DNA of 39,682 nucleotides from an uncultured Woeseiaceae bacterium. Lineage in GTDB: Bacteria > Pseudomonadota > Gammaproteobacteria > Steroidobacterales > Woeseiaceae. Under the pieces are notes generated by a model that had not been told where the DNA came from, ran no database searches, and was given only the letters and a program-made list of their open reading frames with translations. The position numbers were made by a program, and so were the translations under genes. The stretch lies in the NCBI GenBank assembly GCA_945787435.1, contig CALZHX010000222.1, positions 1 to 39,682 of the forward strand. Direction: 5' to 3'. Below are positions 1 to 8,937 of this stretch, piece by piece. Each line of letters opens with the position of its first letter. The first letter of the stretch is position 1.

Positions 1-795
1 ACACTGTCACAATCTGGTGAAACAGCGGACACGCTGGAAGCACTGCGCATGGCCAAAGAGTTGGGTTACCTCGGCTCGTTGACGATCTGCAACAGCGCGC
101 ACAGCTCAATGGTGCTTGAATCGGACCTCGTCATGATGACGCAGGCAGGACCAGAGAACGGTGTTGCAAGCACCAATGAGTTCACGACTCAGCTGCTATC
201 AATTCTCATCGTTACGCTGATGATGGCGAAGCATCGCGGTTTGTCCGAGCAGCAGGAAAGAGAGTTCGTTGCGAATCTCACGCACGCAGCGGCGGCCTCG
301 GACCTTACGCTGAAGATGAGCGACCAACTCAAGGCGCTGGCTCCGGATTTCGCCGACAAGCAGCACACCCTGTTTCTTGGACGCGGACCCATGTGGCCGA
401 TCGCAATGGAAGGCGCCCTCAAGCTCAAGGAGATTTCCTATATTCATGCCGAAGCTTACGCCGCCGGCGAGCTCAAGCACGGTCCGCTGGCACTCATCGA
501 CGATGAAATGCCTGTGGTCGTGGTTGCACCCAATAACGAACTGCTCGACAAGCTGAAGTCGAACATGCAGGTTGTTCGTGCTCGCGGCGGCCAGTTGTAC
601 GTGTTCGCAGATGCCGATACCGGTATCGAGAGCGAAGAAGGTATGACGGTCATCACAATGCCGCATGCAGACCGGCTCATCGCACCTATTGTGTACACCG
701 TTCCCCTGCAGCTACTGGCCTATCACGTCGCGGTGCTCAGAGGCACCGACGTCGATCAACCAAGAAACCTGGCGAAGTCAGTCACGGTTGAGTAA
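1..795 (+). CDS. glmS: Glutamine--fructose-6-phosphate aminotransferase (isomerising), C-terminal part; the 5' end lies outside the window
   Basis: Frame 1 is open from base 1 ([15 protein letters not shown]...), which carries the SIS-domain S-x-S-G-E-T motif. It ends in the family-typical C-terminus [15 protein letters not shown]. The ORF-track entry 49..795 is only the part after an internal Met. Confidence 0.95.
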   Translation, partial: TLSQSGETADTLEALRMAKELGYLGSLTICNSAHSSMVLESDLVMMTQAGPENGVASTNEFTTQLLSILIVTLMMAKHRGLSEQQEREFVANLTHAAAASDLTLKMSDQLKALAPDFADKQHTLFLGRGPMWPIAMEGALKLKEISYIHAEAYAAGELKHGPLALIDDEMPVVVVAPNNELLDKLKSNMQVVRARGGQLYVFADADTGIESEEGMTVITMPHADRLIAPIVYTVPLQLLAYHVAVLRGTDVDQPRNLAKSVTVE

Positions 796-801
796 GGGTT
801 C

Positions 802-839
802 GAGCGGCGTTTCTGTGAACCGCTCCTGTTCTTGTTTTT
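802..839 (+). terminator. Candidate rho-independent terminator after glmS
   Basis: gagcgg (802-807) pairs with ccgctc (820-825) and is followed by the T-rich ctgttcttgttttt. The stem is short and the loop is 12 nt, so this is weak. It lies between convergent genes. Confidence 0.4.
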
Positions 840-2418
840 AAATGGACGGCGGCGTGTCCCAGTCCCCCAATGCCGCCTGGTCCGTAATTATCTCGCGATG
901 GCAGCTCCACGTAACGTGAATGGCCTCGGGCGTTCCAATACCCGCACCGCGTGGGTCGCCGGCTGGTCCGAACCAATGGTTTTGCGGCGCGCCGGTCGTG
1001 CGCGCGCGCATGCCGGCGTACGTCGTGCCATTCACTGTCGCGCCCAGGACCTTGTTGAGGAATATCGGGTCGGCGCTGACAACGGCCGCCGGAAGGTGGT
1101 GCGACCTGCGTTCAAGTATGTCGAGCACGACTGGCAGGTCATCGTCGCCGTAGGTCGTGACGATCTGGAACGGACCGAACAATTCACTCGTGAGCAGACC
1201 GAAGTGTTCACCGGCAAGCGACGCGAGCGGCACTTTGACGGCCGTCGCCTCGTACGCGCCGTAGCAATCCGGGATGCTATGACCTTCGAGCGGTTTGCCA
1301 CCGAACATGAGTTCCGCGCCGGGCACGGCCATGCAAGCATCAATGTGCGCCTGGATAGCGTCGTTGTCCCAGGTCAGCACGGGGCCTATCGACAGGTTCT
1401 CCATATTGCGCCGCGCCGCAAGTGGTTCGAGTTTCGGTAGCAACGCGTCGGCCCAGTTGTCGTGTGCAAACAGGATGCTCTGTGCCGAGCATTTTTGCCC
1501 GGAAGCGTTGTAAGCATCTTCATCGGATTGCCAGGCGATATAGTCAACCCAGGACGCGTCGAAATCCGGGCCGAGGACTTTCCAGTCGAAGCCCGCATCC
1601 TCGACGCGCACGCAGCCATTGACCGCAACCGATGTTGCTTCGGCAACGTGGCTGGAGCCGGTGAACTGCACGAGCCGAATCGCGTCTTTCGATTCTTCGA
1701 TGAGCCGGCCCATGGTGCGGCCGCCACAGTGAATAAAATCAAGATCGTTCGGGTTGAGGCCGCTGTGGATCAGCAGGCGCACAAACTGTTCGATTACGAT
1801 ATCGACAGTCGTTGCCGACTTCAGTAGCGGACGGTTGCCCATGAACAATGCGCCCATGACCTGCAGCGCAGGAATCTCGAGCGGGAAGTTGAACGGCGCG
1901 ACGATGACGACGGGACCAAAGGGCCAGCGAAAACCATTCGACTGCTGTCCGGTTCGGTCGCCCGGATTGGAAAAACCGCGCGCGAGGAAGCGCACGCCAT
2001 CACCCGAGAAGTTCTCGAGGAACGTACGCGTAACCGTCACTTCGGCTTTGCACTGTGCCCAGCTCTTCGGCATGACGCGTTGAATGAGCCTGGTGAAGTA
2101 ATCCTCGACCTCCGGCTCGGCCAGCACTGCCGATGCCTTCGCACAAACACGCCCTAACTCAATGTAGCGTTCGACATTCTTGAGCGGATTGTGAAGGCCT
2201 GTCTTGGGGCAGCTGCGCAGCCCGGCGACGAACGGAGCGATGTCCTGTGTGTCGGGCATCTCGATGAACGGCTCGCCATTGAGCGGGTCGGGAACGGTCA
2301 GCGTCTTTGTGTCCGAAACCCACTTACCACCCACGAGATTCTGCGCCTGGGCCGGTGACGCGCCAGTCATGCCGTCAAACGGGTCGACGGTGGCAAAGGA
2401 AGCAACGGTATTGGTCAT
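838..2418 (-). CDS. Aldehyde dehydrogenase superfamily; ALDH12-type delta-1-pyrroline-5-carboxylate dehydrogenase-like
   Basis: 526 aa. It has the catalytic-Cys motif GQKCSAQS and the FTGS motif. The C-terminal block NGTTYAGMRARTTGAPQNHWFGPAGDPRGAGIGTPEAI...WSCHRE matches, as I recall it, plant/mitochondrial ALDH12 P5CDH. Confidence 0.8.
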   Translation of the reverse strand: MTNTVASFATVDPFDGMTGASPAQAQNLVGGKWVSDTKTLTVPDPLNGEPFIEMPDTQDIAPFVAGLRSCPKTGLHNPLKNVERYIELGRVCAKASAVLAEPEVEDYFTRLIQRVMPKSWAQCKAEVTVTRTFLENFSGDGVRFLARGFSNPGDRTGQQSNGFRWPFGPVVIVAPFNFPLEIPALQVMGALFMGNRPLLKSATTVDIVIEQFVRLLIHSGLNPNDLDFIHCGGRTMGRLIEESKDAIRLVQFTGSSHVAEATSVAVNGCVRVEDAGFDWKVLGPDFDASWVDYIAWQSDEDAYNASGQKCSAQSILFAHDNWADALLPKLEPLAARRNMENLSIGPVLTWDNDAIQAHIDACMAVPGAELMFGGKPLEGHSIPDCYGAYEATAVKVPLASLAGEHFGLLTSELFGPFQIVTTYGDDDLPVVLDILERRSHHLPAAVVSADPIFLNKVLGATVNGTTYAGMRARTTGAPQNHWFGPAGDPRGAGIGTPEAIHVTWSCHREIITDQAALGDWDTPPSI

Positions 2419-2526
2419 CTTGGTTCTCCAGTGAGATGGCGGGATTCTAGCTGAGCTTGGCGCAGCAATCGAACTGTGATGCGGTGCATCGCACCGCTTC
2501 TTCCCACCCTGTAAAGTTACCCTGCT

Positions 2527-3231
2527 ATGCGCAATTTCATATACGGACTGGTCACTACCTCCCTGTTGCTCGCCAGCGCTGATGGGCGGGCTGAGGTGTT
2601 CAAATGCACGGCCGAAGACGGTGGCCTCACGTTTCAGCAGACGCCGTGTCCGGAGCAGAAAGTCGAGCAGGTCGTGACACAGGCGCCGGCGGCCGCTGAC
2701 GACGGGCTGGATTGCAGTTTCGCAAATCGATTTGCCGTTTCAACTGCCAGGTTGATGCGGGCGAACGTCAAGTCGGACGAGGTCTTCGATCGTTATGGCG
2801 GCCTGGACGCCCTTTCGAGATCATCCATTGGCGTCATTAACTACGTATATTCGTTCCGGACCAGTGACGACGTAACGGTGGAGCGCATCGCAGAGCTTGC
2901 TGGTGCCAAATGCAAGGTCGGTTCTTTCGGTGACGCAAGATGCGAGACATTGCCACCGTCATTCACAGACGGGATCGGTGGTTGCGACGGTGAAGGTGAG
3001 GTGCAGGAGACTCTCATTGCTGAGACCGGCGATCCACAACCGTTTGTCACAACGCCAGCGCGCAGCGTCGCGAGCGGGCGCAGTGACGAAGAAATTCAGA
3101 CCTGCAAAAAGCACTACCGCGACGCGATCGACGAGATTGATGCCGAAATGCGCCGCGGCTACGGTTCGGAGCAGGGCGAAGTCTATCGCCAACGACTGCG
3201 ACAGCTCACCGAGAAGCTGCGCGCCTGCTAG
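2527..3231 (+). CDS. Secreted Cys-containing hypothetical protein, DUF4124-like N-terminus
   Basis: It has an N-terminal signal peptide (MRNFIYGLVTTSLLLASADGRA). This is followed by VFKCTAEDGGLTFQQTPCP, which resembles the DUF4124 'YKW.D..G...sd.P' head. No other recognisable domain. Confidence 0.55.
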   Translation: MRNFIYGLVTTSLLLASADGRAEVFKCTAEDGGLTFQQTPCPEQKVEQVVTQAPAAADDGLDCSFANRFAVSTARLMRANVKSDEVFDRYGGLDALSRSSIGVINYVYSFRTSDDVTVERIAELAGAKCKVGSFGDARCETLPPSFTDGIGGCDGEGEVQETLIAETGDPQPFVTTPARSVASGRSDEEIQTCKKHYRDAIDEIDAEMRRGYGSEQGEVYRQRLRQLTEKLRAC

Positions 3232-3243
3232 CCCCGCAAAGAA

Positions 3244-3273
3244 AAAGGGCGCGCTCCGAAGAGCGCGCCCTTT
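3244..3273. terminator. Bidirectional rho-independent terminator between convergent genes
   Basis: A perfect 13-bp stem, aaagggcgcgctc / gagcgcgcccttt, with loop cgaa. An A-run lies on the left and a T-run on the right, so it can serve both the + gene ending at 3231 and the csp gene ending at 3296. Confidence 0.8.
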
Positions 3274-3295
3274 CACAGACTTGCGTCCGGACTAC

Positions 3296-3502
3296 TTAGA
3301 CTGCGATTACGTCTTCAGCCTGAGGTCCTTTCTGACCGTCGGTGACGGTGAATTCAACTTTCTGGCCTTCGGCGAGTGACTTGAAGCCGTCGCCTGAAAT
3401 AGCACTGAAATGGACGAATACGTCAGGTCCATTTTCCTGCTCGATAAAGCCGAAGCCTTTTGAATCATTGAACCATTTGACGGTTCCGGTAACTTTAGAC
3501 AT
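3296..3502 (-). CDS. Cold-shock protein, CspA family
   Basis: 68 aa: [35 protein letters not shown]... It has the RNP-1 (KGFGFI) and RNP-2 (VFVHF) motifs and the typical length. Confidence 0.95.
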   Translation of the reverse strand: MSKVTGTVKWFNDSKGFGFIEQENGPDVFVHFSAISGDGFKSLAEGQKVEFTVTDGQKGPQAEDVIAV

Positions 3503-3651
3503 TAGTGTCTCCTGTTTAACATGAGTAAGTTTTGCCCTTGCGGGCTGGTTCGCTGAAAGTGATGCTATTACTTATGAAAAGCAGGACGACCTAAGCTAAG
3601 GAACATCGGAACGTGATACATAAATAGTTGGCGTACATTCAAGCTGGGCGC

Positions 3652-3679
3652 AGTATATACCCTGTGGGGGCCGATACAA
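3652..3679 (-). promoter_or_regulatory. Candidate sigma70 promoter of the csp gene, implying a ~140-nt 5' leader
   Basis: On the minus strand: TTGTAT (3679-3674), a 16-nt spacer, then TATACT (3657-3652). Long leaders are typical of cspA-type genes. This is a sequence pattern only. Confidence 0.35.
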
Positions 3680-3711
3680 GCCTGTTTGCACGTTAATTTT
3701 GGGTTATCGGT

Positions 3712-4692
3712 TTGACAAAAAACCAACAAATACAGTTGCTTGCCATTATTTTGACGGTGCTCGCCGGGTGCGCTACGGGCAGTAGTGGCGGGCCCTCCAG
3801 CGCTATGCCAGCCCTGAATATGGCAGCTCTCGCGGTGTGCGAACCGCTGCAGACGACGGATTTTGCGTTCACGTCCGCCGCCGACGGCGACGGCGATATC
3901 TACCTTTACCAGGCCAGCACGGCCTCAATTGTCAAAATCACGGACAACGACGTTCAGGACCACTGGGCAACCTGGTCACAGGATGGGCGCATGCTTGCGT
4001 TCCACTCGCTGCGGGACGGCAATCGGGAGATCTATGCCAGGGTTCTGCCGAACGGGGTTGCGGTGAACATGTCGCAGAATGAGGAACAGGACTTGTTGCC
4101 ATCCTGGTCACCGAACGGCAACTACATTGTGTACTACTCATCGCGCGATGCGCCTTGGCCTGGCACGGGGCCGATCGGTGGCAACCTCTACGTGATGCGC
4201 GTGCAGGGTTCGGTCGTAGGCCGCATCCAGACTGACGAATTCGTCTCACCATCGGCGATCGCCTGGTCCCCGGAGTCGTCCGCATTGTTCTACGCACGAT
4301 ACGGAATAGGCAGGGAAGGTATCTACACGCTCGACCTGAAGACAGGCGAAGAGACCGCGATGCTGGCGCTCCGGGGCAAACTCCCCGGAATCGCGTCGGT
4401 GAACCCGATGGAGGGTACGGTTGACTACTACGTTGATGAGGACAATGTGGTCGATATTTACCAACTGTCACTTGCGGACGGTAGTAGCCGCAAGCTGACG
4501 CCCGGTGTTGGTCAACACTACTATGCCAACTGGTCACCTGATCGCAGCGCGCTGCTCGTCACGTCTGCACAGGACGTGGAAGGCCAGAACTACGACATAC
4601 GATGCATGGCTGCGGACGGTTCCTACGATGTGCCAGTCATCAATGACCTCAGCGACGCGCGCAGCGCCGCATGGCGGCCCGGTATACAGTAA
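3712..4692 (+). CDS. Lipoprotein with PD40/TolB-like WD40 beta-propeller repeats
   Basis: TTG start. The lipobox is LTVLAG|C. It has repeated D/G-x-W-S-P-D/N-G and REIY-type PD40 motifs (WSQDGRMLAF..DGNREIY, WSPNGNYIVY, WSPESSALFY, WSPDRSALL). Confidence 0.75.
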   Translation: MTKNQQIQLLAIILTVLAGCATGSSGGPSSAMPALNMAALAVCEPLQTTDFAFTSAADGDGDIYLYQASTASIVKITDNDVQDHWATWSQDGRMLAFHSLRDGNREIYARVLPNGVAVNMSQNEEQDLLPSWSPNGNYIVYYSSRDAPWPGTGPIGGNLYVMRVQGSVVGRIQTDEFVSPSAIAWSPESSALFYARYGIGREGIYTLDLKTGEETAMLALRGKLPGIASVNPMEGTVDYYVDEDNVVDIYQLSLADGSSRKLTPGVGQHYYANWSPDRSALLVTSAQDVEGQNYDIRCMAADGSYDVPVINDLSDARSAAWRPGIQ

Positions 4693-4708
4693 AGGAGATG
4701 TTCGGAAC

Positions 4709-5275
4709 ATGACGACAGCAAGGCAACTCAGCACTGAGGAACTCGAACAAGGGCTCGATGACATTCTGCAATCACCAAAAGACAACGGTGTGCTCGAGCT
4801 CATCGTGCGGCGACCGGCTGTCGATGAGCGTGAAGTCGTTGCTGAAGGTACGCTGGACCGCGAACAGGGCCTGGTCGGCGACAACTGGCTGAGCCGCGGT
4901 TGTCGGCACACGCTCGACGGCACGGCTGATCCCGAGATGCAGCTCAATATCATGAACGCACGTGTCGTGGCGCTCGTTGCAGATGATCCCGAGCGACGAC
5001 GCCTGGCTGGTGACCAGATGTACCTGGACATGGACCTGAGCCCCGGCAACCTGCCACCGGGCACGCGGCTGGCGATAGGTGACGCGATTATCGAGGTAAC
5101 CGAACCGCCACATACAGGTTGCAGGAAATTTGCGGCACGTTTTGGTAAAGATGCAGTAGTGTTCGTAAACTCAGGTATGGGTAAGCAACTGAACTTTCGT
5201 GGAATCAATGCAAAAGTAATTCAGTCCGGCGGCATAAGATGCGGGGATGTCGCGCGAAAACTTACGGCTCAATAA
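4709..5275 (+). CDS. MOSC domain-containing protein
   Basis: The ATG at 4709 is preceded by aaggag (4692-4697). The 188-aa product carries ...GDNW..., NIMNARVV, LAIGDAIIEVTEPPHTGCRKF and GINAKVIQSGGIRCGD, typical of MOSC/YiiM-like beta-barrel proteins. The longer track ORF from 4505 overlaps the upstream gene and is unlikely. Confidence 0.75.
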   Translation: MTTARQLSTEELEQGLDDILQSPKDNGVLELIVRRPAVDEREVVAEGTLDREQGLVGDNWLSRGCRHTLDGTADPEMQLNIMNARVVALVADDPERRRLAGDQMYLDMDLSPGNLPPGTRLAIGDAIIEVTEPPHTGCRKFAARFGKDAVVFVNSGMGKQLNFRGINAKVIQSGGIRCGDVARKLTAQ

Positions 5276-5299
5276 CAAAAACAAGAAAGAGAGAGGCCG

Positions 5300-5671
5300 A
5301 TGTACAAGACTATTTTGCTAGCGCTGGTGCTGACTGGTTGCGCCTCTTCGGGTTATGAGGTGGTCGACGAGGAAAGCGCGTTTCATCAGGCCGCCGTTTC
5401 CTGGGTTGGCGCACCGGCCACCGACATGATCGCGAGATGGGGAGAGCCGAATAACCTCAAGCTCGAAGCATCAGAAGGCCGCGACGGTCTTGTGCGTTGG
5501 CGCGCAACCAATGGCACGGCCGCAAGTGCTCCGGGCGGGGATACGCGGAACCACACCTGCATAGCTGAAGCGCGTTACGGTATGGACGGTGTGATTACAA
5601 AAGTCGATACCGTTTCGTCGAACTGCGAGCAACTCTATACCGAGGAAGACCTGGCGCACCTGACGCGGTAG
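5300..5671 (+). CDS. Small lipoprotein, function unknown
   Basis: The lipobox is LVLTG|CASS, and an RBS-like gagaga lies upstream. 123 aa with no recognised domain. Its 3' end is duplicated at 6964..6988 (see the repeat features). Confidence 0.6.
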   Translation: MYKTILLALVLTGCASSGYEVVDEESAFHQAAVSWVGAPATDMIARWGEPNNLKLEASEGRDGLVRWRATNGTAASAPGGDTRNHTCIAEARYGMDGVITKVDTVSSNCEQLYTEEDLAHLTR

Positions 5672-5672
5672 T
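5648..5672 (+). repeat. Direct repeat copy 1 (25 nt, gacctggcgcacctgacgcggtagt); includes the stop codon of the 5300..5671 gene
   Basis: Identical over 25/25 nt to 6964..6988, checked base by base. Confidence 0.95.
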
Positions 5673-5699
5673 TGCCGCGCGAAGACGTCGCCTTTTTTC

Positions 5700-6770
5700 T
5701 CAATCGGTGAGATCCTCCTCAATGTACCTGATGATCGCCTCGAAAAATGCCTCCCGTGGATAGTTATTGCGATTGACAAAGCTCGAAGCCGCGAACTTGT
5801 GCTTACGGTCAACCGGTACCCCGATGGCCCAGTGGTCCGCATTTGGGAATGCGAGAAGCGTGCTGCCTGGAATGACCTGGTCGTAAAAAACGACCTGACT
5901 GTCGTTGCGCGCATCGGCAATTTTGGAGAGTTTCCGATAGCTGGACTTCAAACCCCTGGACATACGTGTTTCCGGATCCGGGTAAGTCACCACTGAGTAG
6001 TACCTGATATGAACAGGCAGTGGATGATCCGCCAGCCACTGCTTGCGAACATCGGGGCGCAAGTCATTTACACCACCACCGTCGCCGTCGTCGCATTCGG
6101 ATTTGGGCACCTTGGTCAGCAAATTGGCCTGGCCCTGATCGCTCTCCAAGGCCAACGGCGAGCCGCTGACGGCACCAGCAATAGCAACCACAGCGACGAC
6201 GCGTTTGGCGGTTTCAGGGTAACTGACCACGAAATCGAGCAGGTCCGGCGCGCCCTTTGAATAGCCAATCATTATAATCGGTCGACCCTCGTCTTCAGGG
6301 GGCAAATTAATCAGGAATTCATTGATCTGACCGGCATTATTCGAAGTTCCCGACAGCCCGTCGACTTCAAGAAACGCAGACTCGTACCCGAATTTAGCGA
6401 CGTGTGCCGGGCCCGAGTTGTCATGATCCAGCCAACCCTCGATACAGTCCCAACCAAAGCCTGGCACTATTCCAACAAGGTAGCCGCCCCGGCTCGGGCC
6501 CAGATAAACCGGACGTCCGGTGGCCGCAGGCTCCGTGCCGACGACCATGAGCGCCTCCTCACACGGCATGTGGTCGGGCAAATCTCGACCGTGTTCTTCC
6601 TGCACTTCGCAGTAGATTTCCCGGAATCGGCCTCTTCCGTCTTCGATGTTACCTACGGAGGACGGCATTTCAGCAATCGGATCGAAATCGGTGGAATAAG
6701 GCACAAGCGGCTTACCCGCACAGGCTGCCAATGTGAAAATCGTGATTAAGACAATGAAAATGCGAGTCAT
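5700..6770 (-). CDS. Alpha/beta-fold hydrolase (lipase/esterase-like) lipoprotein
   Basis: The lipobox is FTLAA|CAGKP. It has a nucleophile-elbow G-x-S-x-G (IIMIGYSKGAPD) and a later NADHWAIG that could supply the His. The family was not identified further. Confidence 0.55.
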   Translation of the reverse strand: MTRIFIVLITIFTLAACAGKPLVPYSTDFDPIAEMPSSVGNIEDGRGRFREIYCEVQEEHGRDLPDHMPCEEALMVVGTEPAATGRPVYLGPSRGGYLVGIVPGFGWDCIEGWLDHDNSGPAHVAKFGYESAFLEVDGLSGTSNNAGQINEFLINLPPEDEGRPIIMIGYSKGAPDLLDFVVSYPETAKRVVAVVAIAGAVSGSPLALESDQGQANLLTKVPKSECDDGDGGGVNDLRPDVRKQWLADHPLPVHIRYYSVVTYPDPETRMSRGLKSSYRKLSKIADARNDSQVVFYDQVIPGSTLLAFPNADHWAIGVPVDRKHKFAASSFVNRNNYPREAFFEAIIRYIEEDLTD

Positions 6771-6951
6771 GATCTCTCCCCGGTCAGTTATGAAATCGCC
6801 GGATATTGCCCAATCACCGTCTGAACAACTTTCTCAGGAGCGGGTAAGGGAACCAGCATAATTCCTAGGCCCACGGGCGGATAAACGCTGTGGGATGGCC
6901 AGCGCGATAATTATGGCACAGAGGCCGAGAAACAGCGGCGCAGCGCCCCAA

Positions 6952-6988
6952 CCGCCGTTTCCTGACCTGGCGCACCTGACGCGGTAGT
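6952..6988 (+). repeat. Direct repeat copy 2 plus a scar of the 5300..5671 gene
   Basis: 6964..6988 equals 5648..5672 (25/25). The 13 nt immediately before it (ccgccgtttcctg, 6952..6964) equal 5391..5403 of the same gene. The segment therefore reads as that gene with about 244 bp deleted. It is out of frame and non-coding. Confidence 0.9.
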
Positions 6989-7015
6989 CTGAATGCCTGA
7001 CCCTTGGTAGGGTAT

Positions 7016-7465
7016 TTACTTGACCGCGACCGTCAGCGTAAGCGTTGGCGACTCAAGCTGAAACTTCGCCTTCTCGAATTTGGGCGGCCCGAATCTGGCA
7101 GGGGCGTCATTAGAAGCGCCAGTCGGCTCTTTCGGTTTCCCGTACCAGTGTCGTTCCATGGCGCCGCTCGCATCAATATCATGGTGCACCAGGACCGCGT
7201 ATGTCCCATAAGGCAGCTCCTCGACAATCCACTCGCCTTGTCGGTCCTTAATTTCGACAATCTCAGCGCGAACAGGGGATGTTAAGAAGTTCTTCTTTGA
7301 ATCAAACAGGACGAATCGCAAGTTGCCATCATCGGACGTCAGACCTTGCACACGTACTATGAGCGTGCCGGTCAAGTCAGCGCCCCGGGCGGTAACCCAG
7401 CAAAATGGATCTGCCTGCAACAATACAAACGCCGTGACAACGAAATATCGACTGAATGATCGCAT
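7016..7465 (-). CDS. DUF2141 domain-containing secreted protein
   Basis: 149 aa with an N-terminal signal sequence. It has L.V.V.GL.SDDG.L...LFD followed by HHDIDASGAMERHWYGKPKEPTGASNDA...GPPKFEKAKF, which matches my recollection of the DUF2141 signature (hD.N.NgklD...GiP.E.yGFSNN...gpP.F..A.f). Confidence 0.7.
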   Translation of the reverse strand: MRSFSRYFVVTAFVLLQADPFCWVTARGADLTGTLIVRVQGLTSDDGNLRFVLFDSKKNFLTSPVRAEIVEIKDRQGEWIVEELPYGTYAVLVHHDIDASGAMERHWYGKPKEPTGASNDAPARFGPPKFEKAKFQLESPTLTLTVAVK

Positions 7466-7527
7466 TTGCCATTAACTCCTTTGGATCATCAGCCGTCATT
7501 CAAGAGCCCAGCTGATTTTCCGAATAA

Positions 7528-8934
7528 CTAGTTCGACGCCTCAAATGAGGCACACATCTCCTGTTCTATCGCCGGGATCGTAATTACCTCATCGCCAAAC
7601 TCATGAACGAGTGGGTCCGGCCGTTCGAACATCGGCCATTCTGGAATGCCTGCGCCGTTCGGATCGCCGCCTGTCGCAAAATTGATCCAATACTCCTGCA
7701 ACAGGGTGGAGAGATCCAGGTCCCAATCGGTCGTGGTCATGTAGTCGTCATGTACGCCGAATACGTAGGGGTACTCGGCGCCGTGATAGGCACCGATTTC
7801 TGCACCCGCTTCGTCCTCGCGCACCCTGGAGAAGAAATACATCCAGGCCTTTCCACCGGACGCGGTCCGTTTCGCGGCAACGCTTTGTGACGGGCACACG
7901 TATTCTTCGGCAGTGGCATCCCTGTCCAGGTATTCGTCAGCATTGGTACCAATAATCACGGCGTGATCGGGCCAGGGGCCTGACAACATGCTCTCCCACG
8001 TTGATTCGGTAATTAGTTGACCATCGATCGCGGGCGAGTGGTAATGATCGGCCGCGAGCTCGGTGTAGGCTTCCAGCAACGTCGCGGCATCGGCCTGCCG
8101 CAGACCCTCCAACGAAGTCACCCCCAGCGCCGCCATCAGATCCCGGCTACGCCGCTGTTCATCCTCCAGGGACGGCATGGAGAGTCCATAGCCGGCCGTA
8201 CTGTGCAGGGCGGCACGATGAAACAGATGACTTGCCTTATCCGAGAACATAAGCGCGAGAATATCTTCAGCCCCAGAGGATTCACCGAATAACGTCACCC
8301 GACCCGGATCACCACCAAACTCGGAAATATTGTCCTGAATCCACTGCAGTGCAGCAACGAGGTCCCATAAGCCGAAGTTCGCCACAGCGTCCTCGCTCTC
8401 CAGTTCCGGGTGTGACAGAAATCCGAACGCGCCATGCCGGTATGCGACCGTTACAACAACCACACCTTGCGGCGCCAGTACGTGGCCTCGGTAATTGTTC
8501 TCGTACGACCAGCCACTTTTGTTGCTGCCGCCGTGAACCCAAACCATGACCGGAATCCTGGCATCGTCTTCGAGCGTCGGCGTCCATACGTTCAGATACA
8601 GGCAATCCTCGCTGACCTCCAGGTCGTCGTAGTAATCGGCTGATGCGCCGAAGGACTCCGCCATGGATCGGTACCAGTCGAGGATGCGCATCGTTTGCAT
8701 GCACGCGGCCGCAAATTCGGTGGTCTCACGGCGTTCGAGTTTGGACGTCAGAGATCGTGGCGCTCGCCAGCGCAAGTCGCCGACGGGAGGCTCAGCGAAC
8801 GGCACGCCGAGAAAGGTCGCGACGTCTTCATCAATGTACTTGCCAACAAGCAACTCGCCATCGACGGTAACGACTGGAGATTGCTCACAACCGGCCAGGA
8901 CGATGATCGCAGTTAGCAGGACCTGTACACGCAT
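7528..8934 (-). CDS. Carboxylesterase/lipase family (type B, cholinesterase-like) lipoprotein
   Basis: The lipobox is IVLAG|CEQS. It has the type-B signatures FLGVPFAEPPVGDLRWRAP, EDCLYLNVWTP and VMVWVHGGS. The nucleophile is in FGESSGA and the His in GAYHGAEYPYVFG. Confidence 0.9.
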   Translation of the reverse strand: MRVQVLLTAIIVLAGCEQSPVVTVDGELLVGKYIDEDVATFLGVPFAEPPVGDLRWRAPRSLTSKLERRETTEFAAACMQTMRILDWYRSMAESFGASADYYDDLEVSEDCLYLNVWTPTLEDDARIPVMVWVHGGSNKSGWSYENNYRGHVLAPQGVVVVTVAYRHGAFGFLSHPELESEDAVANFGLWDLVAALQWIQDNISEFGGDPGRVTLFGESSGAEDILALMFSDKASHLFHRAALHSTAGYGLSMPSLEDEQRRSRDLMAALGVTSLEGLRQADAATLLEAYTELAADHYHSPAIDGQLITESTWESMLSGPWPDHAVIIGTNADEYLDRDATAEEYVCPSQSVAAKRTASGGKAWMYFFSRVREDEAGAEIGAYHGAEYPYVFGVHDDYMTTTDWDLDLSTLLQEYWINFATGGDPNGAGIPEWPMFERPDPLVHEFGDEVITIPAIEQEMCASFEASN

Positions 8935-8937
8935 TAC

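Noticed and set aside
796-837. The region downstream of glmS is the classical attTn7 insertion site, so I looked for a Tn7-like element or island.
   Set aside because: Only 42 bp separate the glmS stop from the convergent aldehyde dehydrogenase gene. There are no tns-like genes or terminal repeats, so the site is unoccupied.
2481-2497. A perfect hairpin or palindrome, gcggtgc-atc-gcaccgc, in the divergent region between the ALDH gene and the DUF4124-like gene.
   Set aside because: It is short with a 3-nt loop, and it is not positioned as a terminator for any gene. It may be a regulator site or leader structure, but there is nothing to tie it to a function.
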